Shown piece by piece: positions 1-10,794 of a stretch of DNA of 64,000 nt. The notes under the pieces are model-generated. The model searched no databases, was not told where the DNA came from, and worked only from the letters and a program-made list of their open reading frames with translations. The translations under genes were made by a program, and so were the position numbers. Each line of letters starts with the position of its first letter. The first letter of the stretch is position 1. This DNA is from Nemertoderma westbladi (lineage: Eukaryota; Animalia; Xenacoelomorpha): NCBI GenBank assembly GCA_032718475.1, contig JAUCBJ010002587.1, positions 1 through 64,000 on the forward strand. The letters are read 5' to 3'.

Positions 1-1396
1 TGCATTAAAGTGTTTAAATATAGATTATTCTATGCAATGTACATTTGCAGTATGGAGTCATCTGTGGTTCCATGGACAGAGACTGATATGTGAACATTAC
101 ATTTTTATTTTTTTCATATAGTTAGAATTTTAATTGGAAATTTGCCAAATTTCTCTATTTAACAAAATGATGTCTCGTACTCTAATAAAGCGAAAATGGT
201 GTCTCCATGGTTTCTTCCTGAGATCAGTTCATCCTGCGCCGTTTATCCCGTAAACAAATTAAATGGGAGAATTTGGAATAAAACACATACGATTTATAGG
301 TTTATTATTATTTGTTTAGTAAGACCTCGGCTTCTCCACCCTAGATTCTCGCCCCGGATTATAAATTATTGGCCAAGTTCTACTTAAAATGCCGAAGTAA
401 TTTAATTATTAGGTGATTAAGAATCGGAACCAGATGGTGACAGATAGGAGGATCGGAAACCCATCCGATTGTCCTGGTTGTCTCTGCCGAGAATTTAAAT
501 CCATTATAAAGTTTAATATTAAATAATTGTTGATACAACTTGAATATTTCATGTTATTCTTATTTATACATAATTACCACCAGACCACCTACAATGTGCC
601 TACCACAAATCACATGCTTACCACAACCGCATTCCACGTTGATATTTGAGATTATTAAATCAGTTTGAGTTATAAATTCCTCGACCCCTCGACCGACGCC
701 CTCGAACTTTAGACCGACGTTCGAGATCGCAACCAATAAGGTCGGGGTTATGTGAACACCTCACATCATTGTTTCCCGCACCATTAACAACATCATTGCT
801 ATAATCAATAATAGTGCAGTAAGTTCTATCTAATACAACACAGTCAGACAGACAATGGAGGTAGTGAAAGAAGCATGTATTTATTAACAATATTAATATA
901 GTGATACTATTGACCCCCAGTTCAACTCAATACATTTTAGTATTTAATATTATTAGTACGCACAATGTATGTCGACTTAGTTCCAGTGCGGTCCCTCCAG
1001 GACCTTATTACCCAGAGTAAACTCCAGTAGAATTAATTTAGCTAACATTTCCAGTAATACAGGTAGCTAAATGAAAATCAGTTTCCACCCGGAAGCACTG
1101 AGTTCTAGGGAAATTTGTCGTCATAATTTCTGAGTAATTCTTACTAATTATTAATTTAGCTACTGTCCTCAATTGCTAGGTAAATGAGTACTGTAGTTTC
1201 CCAAGGGAATTGTAGGTCTGGGGGGGCCGCACTGGAAATAAGTCGTCAGACTTTGTGAGTAATCCCTGGCCTAACGGCTCTACACACAAACGCCGTTGTT
1301 CTTCCTATGGGATTGGGCCTTTTGGGTTAAATTCTGGTGCTATTTAGCGTGTGTTTGATGCTGAAAGTAAATCCCACTCAAATCCCACAATCATCA

Positions 1397-1615
1397 GGGT
1401 GTAACCGATACGCCGGAAACCGACAACCAACACCGACAACCATTATTAAAGCTAATTAATGGTAATTGTCAATTTAGGGAAAGGAACAGGTTACAGTGGA
1501 AGGTTATTCTAATCAAAACAATAAACGAGAGTGACGAACTAAGGTTACATTTACAACTGCTGTTGACGGCAGTGGTTGTCGGCTGTCGGTTGTCGACGTA
1601 GCGTTTACACACCCC
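1397..1615. mobile_element. Degenerate MITE-like element
   Basis: Left gggtgtaaccgatacgccggaaaccgacaacc is an imperfect reverse complement of right ggttgtcggctgtcggttgtcgacgtagcgtttacacacccc. Confidence 0.55.
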
Positions 1616-3391
1616 GTTCATCATATTATTCAACTGGTAGTTTATATTCTCATAAAAATATTAGAGTGTAAAGACCATACTGTACGCCACCCACATGTTT
1701 TCTGCGTTTTCTGGAAAGTTTCCTGCAATTGTCAACACTCCAATACAAACTATGTAGATGATCGTTACTCGCAGTGTCGATGTCATTATTCCAAGTATTT
1801 TCTTTTTAACCTATGAATGTTATAGGATAATTATTATATAATAACAATACAACATATTCCATCCCTCCGTCTCATCTAAGAGACAGACGACTGGTTACGA
1901 TTGTCCGAGTACATCTTTCCGCCACAACTATGATCTTCTAAACAACCTTGTTTAGAAAGCCATGGTTGAAGACAGCAAAAACTCGTTGGTACAAATGTCT
2001 TGTCAACGTTGATATTGAGTCGAGATCTATGAGATGGAAATCAGAGAAATGCCGGTCATCATGGTTGTGTTTGTGTATTGAATACGATCATCGTTGATAG
2101 AAATTATATAAAACTTAGAGAGTCGCTGGCCGAATTCATGTCTCCAAGCAGGAAGATGGAGGAATTAACCTAGCGTAGGTTCCTAGTGGTTTACATCACC
2201 CGATCTGTCTAAATTGTTTTGAATAAAGTTGATTTCCTGAATAAAGTTGATTCCCTCTTCGAGTCGAATACTTGATATTGAATGATACTTACAAACTTAC
2301 CTCAATAATAATAGGTTGAAGATGCCAATGAATGTTTTTAGTATAATAAAAGTGGTGTTTAAGTTTATTTTTACAAACTTAAATACTTTTTAAAAAAGTA
2401 TTGAACTTTTCATTCTTACCTAATGATGTCGAAACAATCCTTGAGTACTTTGATCTTATACCATCTGCCAATTAAATATTAATGAGCTATAGACCTAAGG
2501 TAAACCGAACCATGACTCCTTTTATGTTATCTTAGGTATAAAAAAACTGCTCAAACCTTTGATCTTATAAAGTTACTGTAGACCCTAAGAGCTTAAATTA
2601 AATTTACAGGCATTTCAGTATAATATGAAAATCTTAATAAAGTTTGGCCAAAATGTACACATCTTAACACAACCCAATGTGAGACAAAGAGGATGGTGGA
2701 ATGAACTCAAATCCCATCTCGGCGAATTTATGTATATTGTTATCAATTTAGAGAAAGGAGCAGGTTACAGTGACACGATATTCTAACCAAATCAATAAAC
2801 TAAAGTCTACAGGTTCCAGTTTTATTTTTGAAAGTAATCAGCTGTTGTTTTCGTCGATTTTCCCCTGAAGAAAGATGGATGTTATTTGCGTCGAAAGCCC
2901 CCCCCCCCCCCCCCCCCCCCTCGCCCCCCGGTCATATTTTGGAAATATTAATTAAAATGTATCTTGGATTAATTGTTACCTCTGATCCAGGTGAGGTCTC
3001 GGGTTCGGGGATGGCGTTGGTATTCGTGGTCGTGCTCGAGCTCGAGACATTATGCTCAGTACTGAATGTATGCAAAGTATGTATTATACTGTATGTTTAG
3101 TTGCGGTTAAATGCTATTGGGTTTCTCCCTCCCTCCAACTATTTTGATTAACATTATTTTATCCCCTAAAATTTTATTTTAACTTTTAGTTGCAATTTAT
3201 TGACCCTCCTATCTACAACTTAACCGGGACCAGTACCGGTAGGTCTACAGCTGAGTGTTAATTATCTGATTACAGAATTATATGATCTTATCATTTATAT
3301 GTTACAGTGTTAGGCCAGTAGGCATACTACAGGTAGGCTTAGGCCCCTACACTTTTTGGAATTTGTGATTCAATTGCTAAGTCTGTAAGTT

Positions 3392-4328
3392 ATGTCTAAA
3401 GGGAAGGGTGAAGATAAATTAACTCGTATTGCTATAGTTAACAACGACCGCTGTAAACCGAAAAAATGTCACCAAGAATGCCGGAAATCGTGTCCGGTAG
3501 TTCGTATGGGTAAACTTTGTATCGAAGTAATGCCCACAGATAAACTCGCGACCATATCTGAAGAACTCTGCATCGGGTGCGGTATCTGCGTAAAGAAATG
3601 TCCTTTCGACGCGATAACCATAATTAATCTACCAAGTAACCTTGAGAAGGATACCACCCACCGGTACAGCGCTAATTCCTTCAAACTCCATCGACTTCCG
3701 ATCCCCCGGCCAGGCGAAGTTCTCGGTTTGGTCGGGACCAACGGAATAGGGAAGTCCACCGCTCTGAAGATCCTCGCTGGCAAGCAGAAACCCAATCTAG
3801 GTCGCTTCGATAACCCGCCCGACTGGCAAGAGATTCTAACGCACTTCCGCGGTTCCGAGTTGCAAAACTACTTCACAAAGATATTGGAGGATGACTTAAA
3901 GGCGGTTATAAAACCCCAGTACGTAGACCAGATTCCCAAAGCGGTGAAGGGGACAGTTCGATCGATCCTGGATCGTAAGGACGACACCGGTACGCAGAGA
4001 CAAGTTTGCGAGCAACTCGATCTTATGAACGTGTTGGATCGTAATATAGAGGATTTATCCGGAGGTGAGTTGCAACGGTTCGCTATCGCCGTCGTCTGCG
4101 TACAGAACGCGGATATCTACATGTTCGACGAACCGAGTTCCTACCTCGATGTTAAACAGCGACTGCGGGCCGCCACTGCAATACGGACGCTACTCTCGCA
4201 GGACAAGTATATAATCGTGGTGGAACATGATCTCTCTGTATTGGATTACCTCAGCGACTTCATATGTTGTTTATACGGCATCCCGGGGGCGTACGGTGTG
4301 GTTACCATGCCATTCAGTGTGAGGGAAG
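3392..4328 (+). CDS. ABCE1: ABCE1/RLI1 ribosome-recycling ATPase, coding exon 1
   Basis: N-terminal Fe-S domain ([15 protein letters not shown]...[12 protein letters not shown]), Walker [10 protein letters not shown], signature LSGGELQ, Walker B YMFDEP. Donor GAAG|GTAAGT at 4329 (phase 1); the ORF-track tail past ...FSVRE is intron read-through. Confidence 0.97.
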
Positions 4329-4778
4329 GTAAGTTAAATGGTTACACAATGCAATATATTGGGTTTTTGAGGCAGGTGTAATTCCGAGCACCGAGTGTAA
4401 CTCTACCTGGTATGAGGTTCTAATTTTGCGTTCTAACATCCGCATTCTACCTATACTCACTAAACTCAACAATTAGACTTGTCTCTTTACACCCAAATAC
4501 TGACCTCACTTAATCTAAATACCACACATTATCAGAGAAGGCAAGTTACAGTTTCCTTAAAGGAATTACCGGTACCGAGCAAATATTTTGATTGTCATTA
4601 TTAATATTTTTATTTATTTATTTCTAAAGGACATTTGATTCAATGATATTAACTCAGTTTAAAAATAAAAGTATATTTTATCATATTTGGTTGTTGCATC
4701 GCATTGCTTTCTCCCACTATGATCAAATAATTCCCAGTGATATTGTCTGATAAATTATTGTTATTTCTTATTTTTCAG

Positions 4779-5662
4779 GTATAAATATATTTCTGGATGG
4801 ATTTGTTCCAACGGAAAACTTACGTTTCAGAGAATCTTCGTTGGTGTTTAAAATGTCGGAAACCGCGGACCAGGAAGAAATAAAAAGAATGCGACGTTAT
4901 GGCTATGGAAATATGACCAAGAAAATGGGAGAATCTTTTAACCTAGAGGTGGAGGAGGGGACCTTCACAGACTCGGAGATCCTGGTGATGTTGGGGGAGA
5001 ACGGAACTGGTAAAACCACGTTCATCCGGCTGTTAGCGGGTCGGTTGGAACCGGATTCCGGGGACGAAGCGCCGCGGTTGAACGTCTCCTACAAACCCCA
5101 GAAGATCTCCCCGAAGTCGGAGGGCACAGTGCGTCAACTGCTACACACAAAGATCCGCGACGCCTACATCCACCCCCAGTTCGTGACGGACGTGATGAAG
5201 CCGCTTCTTATAGACCAAGTGATTGATCAGGAGATTAAGAACCTCTCTGGTGGGGAGTTGCAACGAGTCGCGATCGCGTTGTGCCTCGGAAAACCCGCTG
5301 ATGTCTACCTAATCGACGAGCCTTCGGCCTACCTCGACTCGGAGCAGCGTATAGTCGCCGCCAAGGTCATCAAACGATTTATCCTGCACGCCAAGAAGAC
5401 GGCGTTCGTGGTTGAACACGATTTCATTATGGCGACTTATCTCGCCGATCGAGTGATCTGCTTCGAGGGTATTCCCTCCATAGACGCCAAAGCCAGGAGT
5501 CCGCAATCCCTGCTCGGTGGAATGAATAAATTTCTTCAATCTCTAGAGATCACATTCCGAAGGGACCCTAACAATTATCGCCCTCGAATTAATAAACTTC
5601 ATTCAGTTAAGGATTCCGAGCAAAAACATGCTGGGAATTATTTCTTCTTGGAGGACATTTAA
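4779..5662 (+). CDS. ABCE1: ABCE1 coding exon 2 (second NBD, to stop)
   Basis: Acceptor tttttcag|GT at 4778 restores the conserved [22 protein letters not shown]. Walker [22 protein letters not shown]; C-terminus GNYFFLEDI*. Spliced CDS is 1821 nt = 606 aa. AATAAA at 5820 and 5895. Confidence 0.97.
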
Positions 5663-6159
5663 GTGAATATTTAGGTTATTTATTGAAGGTCTATAGTTCT
5701 AGACCTAGTGCTATATCGGCAGTGGGTTATTGATGTTATTTGGTCATCAGTGGCATATTGTTGAATTACCAAATACAGTAAAGCTAATAATATAATAAGA
5801 TGGAATTCATTATTCCTGAAATAAATATATCTATTTTTTTTAATATTTGCCGTTTTCATGTAATATGTTTAGTGCCAACGAGTATAATACAAGAAATAAA
5901 TATAACAAGTATGGGAAATTATTTATTTCTAAAGTCCTATCATATCACTATTATTTATATTATAAATTATAGTAAAAGTAAGTAAGATATTCAAAAATAT
6001 GTAATCACCACACCACGTCCTGATTACGAAAAGAAAACTGTGTCCAAGTGTAAGTATCAATGAAACGAAAATGATAATAATGTAACATAGTTTTACACCT
6101 AATTATCACACTCAATACAATCATTTTATAATAACAATACAATAATTGTAACTAAGTAA

Positions 6160-7512
6160 TTAATTCGTTTGTAATAGTTCCTTCACACATTTCGTAAAAA
6201 TGTCGCCTCTATTTTCTGCGTTATGGTAGCAATCAAAACTAGAGCAAGCTGGAGACAACAAAACGTCGCAATTATCATCTCCAGCCAACTCAAAGGCTTT
6301 CTTCACAGCATCTTGCATATCCTTTATTTCTAGAATTGTTGGAATGGTCCCAGAGAAAGCTGACACTAATGCCAGATTATTTTTTCCAATACAAATAGCG
6401 GCTTTCACGGTTTTCTTCACGATGTCTTTGATAAGTGAGTAATCATTCCCTTTATCGATTCCCCCGACTAGCCAAATAACCTTTCCGAGGCATCTCAGCG
6501 CCATGGCAGCCGAGTCCACATTGGTAGCTTTAGAGTCGTCGTAAAATCTGATGGAACCGATTGAACCGACGTGTTGCATTCTATGTGGTAGACCCTCAAA
6601 CCGTGCAATCGTGTGTCGTATTGACTCGATCGGTACACCCAAAAGGACCGCTGTTTGTATAGCCATCATGGCGTTCATCCCATTATGGTAGCCGGGTAAC
6701 CTAAACGAAGCTAGCTCAATAATCGATTTGTATTCCTGGATATGTATTTGTTCTTCGTTTAAATAAACTTGGGAACTCCTACTGTCAGTCAATGAGATCG
6801 GATATTTCTTCGGCGCAACGACTTCTGGCATGTACTTCCGAGTGAATATATCGTCTGCATTGTAAACTAAGGTGTCACGTGATGTCATATTGTTTAGGAT
6901 CTTAAATTTAGTTTTCGCGTAGTTGGCCATTTCATTATTGTAGCGATCTAGATGGTCTGCCGTTATGTTTGTGATACAAGCGATATTCGGATGGAACTTA
7001 ATAACATCCTCTATTTGGTAACTGCTTACTTCCAGCACGTGGTACTTGTACTCTTCTGTCTGTGATTGTAACATCTGTGAGCACCAACTAACCCCAATGT
7101 TTCCGGCAATTGTGACCTGGAATCCCGCGTCTTTGAGGAGTTGATAGATTAGTCGCGTCGTTGTTCCCTTGCCGTTAGTTCCCGTCACCGCTATTATAAA
7201 TCCATTCGCGTATCTCGAAGCGAACTCCAACTCTCCTACCACTGGTATGTTGTGGTTCCTTATGGATCGCATAATTTGTGAGTTGTTAGCGATTCCGGGG
7301 CTCTTGATGACTTCATCACCAACTAGTATTGTTTCCAATGTATGCTTGCATTCTTCGTATTCAATTTCATTTTCTTCTAGTCGCAACTTATAATCATCCA
7401 ATATTTCTCGTTTGTCTGATACAAACACTTTAAAACCCTTCTCTTTTGCCAACATAGCTGCACCATAGCCGCTCTCCCCACATCCAAGAATTACCTTTGT
7501 ATTGGTAGACAT
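6160..7512 (-). CDS. murD: UDP-N-acetylmuramoyl-L-alanine--D-glutamate ligase (MurD), bacterial type, intronless, 450 aa
   Basis: All MurD motifs in order: ILGCGESG (Rossmann-like), KSPGI, P-loop VTGTNGKGTT, GNIG, LEVSSYQ, NITADHLDRY, K...K, GYHNGMN, GLPHR, DDSKATN, GGIDKG, LLSPACSSFD, RG. Full length, no stops or frameshifts. Confidence 0.95.
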   Translation of the reverse strand: MSTNTKVILGCGESGYGAAMLAKEKGFKVFVSDKREILDDYKLRLEENEIEYEECKHTLETILVGDEVIKSPGIANNSQIMRSIRNHNIPVVGELEFASRYANGFIIAVTGTNGKGTTTRLIYQLLKDAGFQVTIAGNIGVSWCSQMLQSQTEEYKYHVLEVSSYQIEDVIKFHPNIACITNITADHLDRYNNEMANYAKTKFKILNNMTSRDTLVYNADDIFTRKYMPEVVAPKKYPISLTDSRSSQVYLNEEQIHIQEYKSIIELASFRLPGYHNGMNAMMAIQTAVLLGVPIESIRHTIARFEGLPHRMQHVGSIGSIRFYDDSKATNVDSAAMALRCLGKVIWLVGGIDKGNDYSLIKDIVKKTVKAAICIGKNNLALVSAFSGTIPTILEIKDMQDAVKKAFELAGDDNCDVLLSPACSSFDCYHNAENRGDIFTKCVKELLQTN

Positions 7513-8462
7513 TCCTTACGTATTCCGCACTGGTTTCCCAATGAAAGCTGTTATGTCTGTTTTAGTTTAATTAAGGCTAACTCTTGTGTTAATTAGTTGT
7601 AGTTGTTTGTGTTTAATGAATACCTGTACCGATTAACGTTAGGCTGGTGACCAACGACTGACTACTTCCACTACTTTATGAAGACTGTTAATCCGGTTCG
7701 CTGTTATTAACTACAGTCACAAATAATATTGTACTGTATGTATCTTAGTTGTCCATGGAAAACTAAACACTGTCATTTATTTTTTATTTGTCTTAAGTTT
7801 GCCATATTGCAAAATATTAACTATGAGAAATAACTATATAATATTTTTCCCTATTTTGTGCTGTCATTTTCGAAAATTAGGCTGATTTATCTACCAGACT
7901 TCACTTATATTGGTTGACGTGCTTAAATTATATTGGCTGTTGTAGTTGTACCTTATTCTCATAATAATTATAAATTATTATTATAAGGCATTAATTAATC
8001 GACCTACTACAAATAATTATTTTCACAAATTTTTAACAAAAAAATCACTAAAATATTTAGGTTTCAGTAAATATTATTAATCGCCATTAAATTAAAATAT
8101 ATTAATTATTATCACTAAATAAGAAAAAGGAGAGGGATACAGTAGCACGTTATTCTAACAAAAACAAAAAACCTAATTCAATAGAATAGGTTGTTATTTT
8201 TGGTGATAACAAAAATACATTTTAGTGATTTAATTTTTGCTTTATAGTGAAAAATATGAAATACTAGTAATAAATTTAGGGTTCGCCAAGGGCCGTGTCC
8301 ACTGCAACTTTAAAATCAAAGGAAGACCCTAGTTCACTATAAAATCATTAAATCGAATTCGATTCATTTAATCCGAACGATCTGAACATTTTGTCAAGCT
8401 CGTGACCAGAATCTTAATGTACAGAAGTAGTCCATACTGGAGACGGGGGGGGGAAGGTGAAT

Positions 8463-8550
8463 GAGCAGGTTTCAGTGGCACATTATTCTAACCAGAACAT
8501 TAAGCGAAAGTTAATAGGGTACAGTATTATTTTTGAGACTAATCAGCTGT
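8463..8550 (+). repeat. Dispersed repeat family copy
   Basis: Motif gagcaggtt(a/t)cagtggcac.ttattctaac recurs at about 1483, 2757, 8136, 8463 and, reverse-complemented, at about 19455-19490. Confidence 0.65.
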
Positions 8551-8641
8551 TACTCTGGAGTCCCGAATAGACGGGGCGACGGCTATTAATTAAAAAAAAA
8601 ATCCACCCAAAATTATCCCGTCTATTCGGGACTCCAGAGTA
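8551..8641. mobile_element. Tiny MITE/hairpin with TA flanks
   Basis: TA-ctctggagtcccgaatagacggg ... cccgtctattcgggactccagag-TA: a perfect ~25 bp inverted repeat. Confidence 0.7.
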
Positions 8642-8713
8642 CTTGCGTCGAGTTGCCGCAAGAGAGGATTCAATTTTTGAATTACTGACCATATCTTTGT
8701 TTATCATTTACAG

Positions 8714-8878
8714 ACTCTATATGTCCCTGATCCCGATGCTTGCCTTCTACTAGAACCCGTTCCAACCACTCCAACTAATTTTTCACCAGCTGCCATTCCT
8801 GAGGAAGATGATGACGGATTTGGTAAACCAATGTCGTCTCGATTTACAGATCTACCAACAGTTACTGCCAGTAAACCA
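8714..8878 (+). CDS. OXR1: OXR1/NCOA7-family gene, exon A (just after LysM domain)
   Basis: tttacag|ACT; encodes TLYVPDPDACLL...TVTASKP, resembling the VLYVPDP that follows the LysM domain in OXR1. Phase-0 donor CCA|GTTAGT at 8879 fits the next exon. Confidence 0.75.
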
Positions 8879-10097
8879 GTTAGTTGATTAGTTCACATCT
8901 ACCAACAGTTAGTGCCAGTAGACCAGTTAGTTATTTGTTCACATATACAAACAGTTACTGCCAGTAAACCAGTAAGTTTATTTGTTTACATATACAAACA
9001 GTTACTGTCAGTAAACCAGCAAGTTGATTTGTTCACATCTACCAACAGTTACTGCCAGTAAACCAGTAAGTTGATTTGTCCACATCTACCAACAGTTACT
9101 GCCAGTAAACCAGTTAGTTGATTAGTTCACATCTACCAACAGTTAGTGCCAGTAGACCAGTTAGTTATTTGTTCACATATACAAACAGTTACTGCCAGTA
9201 AACCAGTAAGTTTATTTGTTTACATATACAAACAGTTACTGCCAGTAAACCAGTTAGTTGATTTGTTCACATCTACCAACAGTTACTGCCAGTAAACCAG
9301 TAAGTTGATTTGTTCACATATACAAACAGTTACTGCCAGTAAACCAGTAAGTTGATTAGTTCACATCTACCAACAGTTACTGTCAGTAAACCAGTAAGTT
9401 GATTTGTTCACATCTACCAACAGTTACTGCCAGTAAACCAGCAAGTTGATTAGTTCACATCTACCAACAGTTAGTGCCAGTAAACCAGTAAGTTGATTTG
9501 TCCACATCTACCAACAGTTACTGCCAGTAAACCAGTTAGTTGATTTGTTCACATCTACCAACAGTTAATGCCAGTAAACCAGTAAGTTTATTTGTTCACA
9601 TATACAAACAGTTACTGCCAGTAAACCAGTAAGTTGATTTGTCCACATCTACCAACAGTTACTGCCAGTAAAACAGTAAGTTGATTTGTCCACACTACCA
9701 ACAGTTACTGCCAGTAAACCAGTTAGTTGATTTGTTCACATCTACCAACAGTTAGTGCCAGTAAACCAGTAAGTTGATTTGTCCACATCTACCAACAGTT
9801 ACTGTCAGTAAACCAGGAAGTTGATTTGTCCACATCTACCAACAGTTACTGCCAGTAAACCAGTTAGTTGATTTGTTCACATCTACCAACAGTTAGTGCC
9901 AGTAAACCAGTAAGTTGATTTGTCCACATCTACCAACAGTTACTGCCAGTAAACCAGTAAGTTTATTTGTTCACATCTACCAACAGTTACTGCCAGTAAA
10001 CCAGTTAGTTGATTTGTTCACATCTACCAACAGTTACTGCCAGTAAACCAGTAAGTTGATTTGTCCAGGTCTACCAACAACTGCCAATAAACCAGTA
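8850..10097 (+). repeat. 47-bp tandem array (~26 copies) spanning the exon A splice donor
   Basis: Unit atctaccaacagttactgccagtaaacca|gt(a/t)agttgatttgttcac; the first copy begins inside exon A. Confidence 0.95.
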
Positions 10098-10124
10098 ATC
10101 TAATTTTTCCACGTATACCAGTTT

Positions 10125-10221
10125 GTCAACTGAGTACAGCACAGCTTAGCAAAGTCGGTATTGACGCCCAAGAGGGATTGAACTGGTGCACTTCTATTTG
10201 GAATTCTGACTCTAAGGCTCT
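10125..10221 (-). mobile_element. Probable tRNA-derived SINE head (degenerate)
   Basis: Minus strand reads agccgatatcgtaatggttagagc...agttcaatccc, giving Pol III A-box-like and B-box-like motifs at tRNA-like spacing; no complete cloverleaf is evident. Confidence 0.45.
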
Positions 10222-10364
10222 AACCATTACGATATCGGCTAGGATGATACCAACAAAATCTTGTGTCCTTATTGTAGAGCTATTTAATATTTATGTACTG
10301 TAACTGTACCCGACCTATCGAATTTACTTTGCGCTATTTTTTTTCTCCCATCTCTTCATTTTAG

Positions 10365-10604
10365 ACAACCCAACCGAAAAATAAAGCGGACCTCCGAGCC
10401 AGCGACGAGCGGCCGCGCAGCGCCACGTCGAAGATCCACAAACTGTTGAAACGACCAGGTCGGGCGGTTCGTCAGTTAGCCCGTGGCGAGTCGGTTGGCA
10501 GTGTTGACAGTAACGAGGTGTTCAGCGAACCAGTTGAGGACCCTGAGAGCGAGTACACTGAAGATTTCCTTAAGATCAACAGTAAATACGTCACATACGA
10601 TAAG
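10365..10604 (+). CDS. OXR1: OXR1-family exon B
   Basis: Pyrimidine tract + tttag acceptor; 80 codons ending EYTEDFLKINSKYVTYDK (OXR1 motif FLKINCKYIT); donor AAG|GTAGGT. Confidence 0.9.
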
Positions 10605-10794
10605 GTAGGTGGTACGATACACCGTTTGTAGTGTTTCTTCTGAAACCTACCTCACTACACTTCTTCATGGATATCATTTTGTATAGTGGTGGTGGTGGAC
10701 TATGTCTGCTACAACCACATCCAAATATCAAACAGGACTTATATGTTTAAACTTGTGTCTATTATTATATATTAATATGACTATATATCCCTTA

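Noticed and set aside
51-190. Possible terminal exon of an upstream gene (ttgcag acceptor, AATAAA near 184)
   Set aside because: Too short, with no recognisable peptide in any frame.
2991-3076. Exon-like segment (ccag|...aaa|gtatgt) upstream of ABCE1
   Set aside because: It could be a 5'UTR exon, but it encodes no recognisable protein (not LysM) and cannot be assigned without RNA data.
6160-8878. Functional link between murD and the LysM-type host gene OXR1
   Set aside because: The LysM exon is not in the window, OXR1's LysM has no established peptidoglycan role, and adjacency alone is not evidence.
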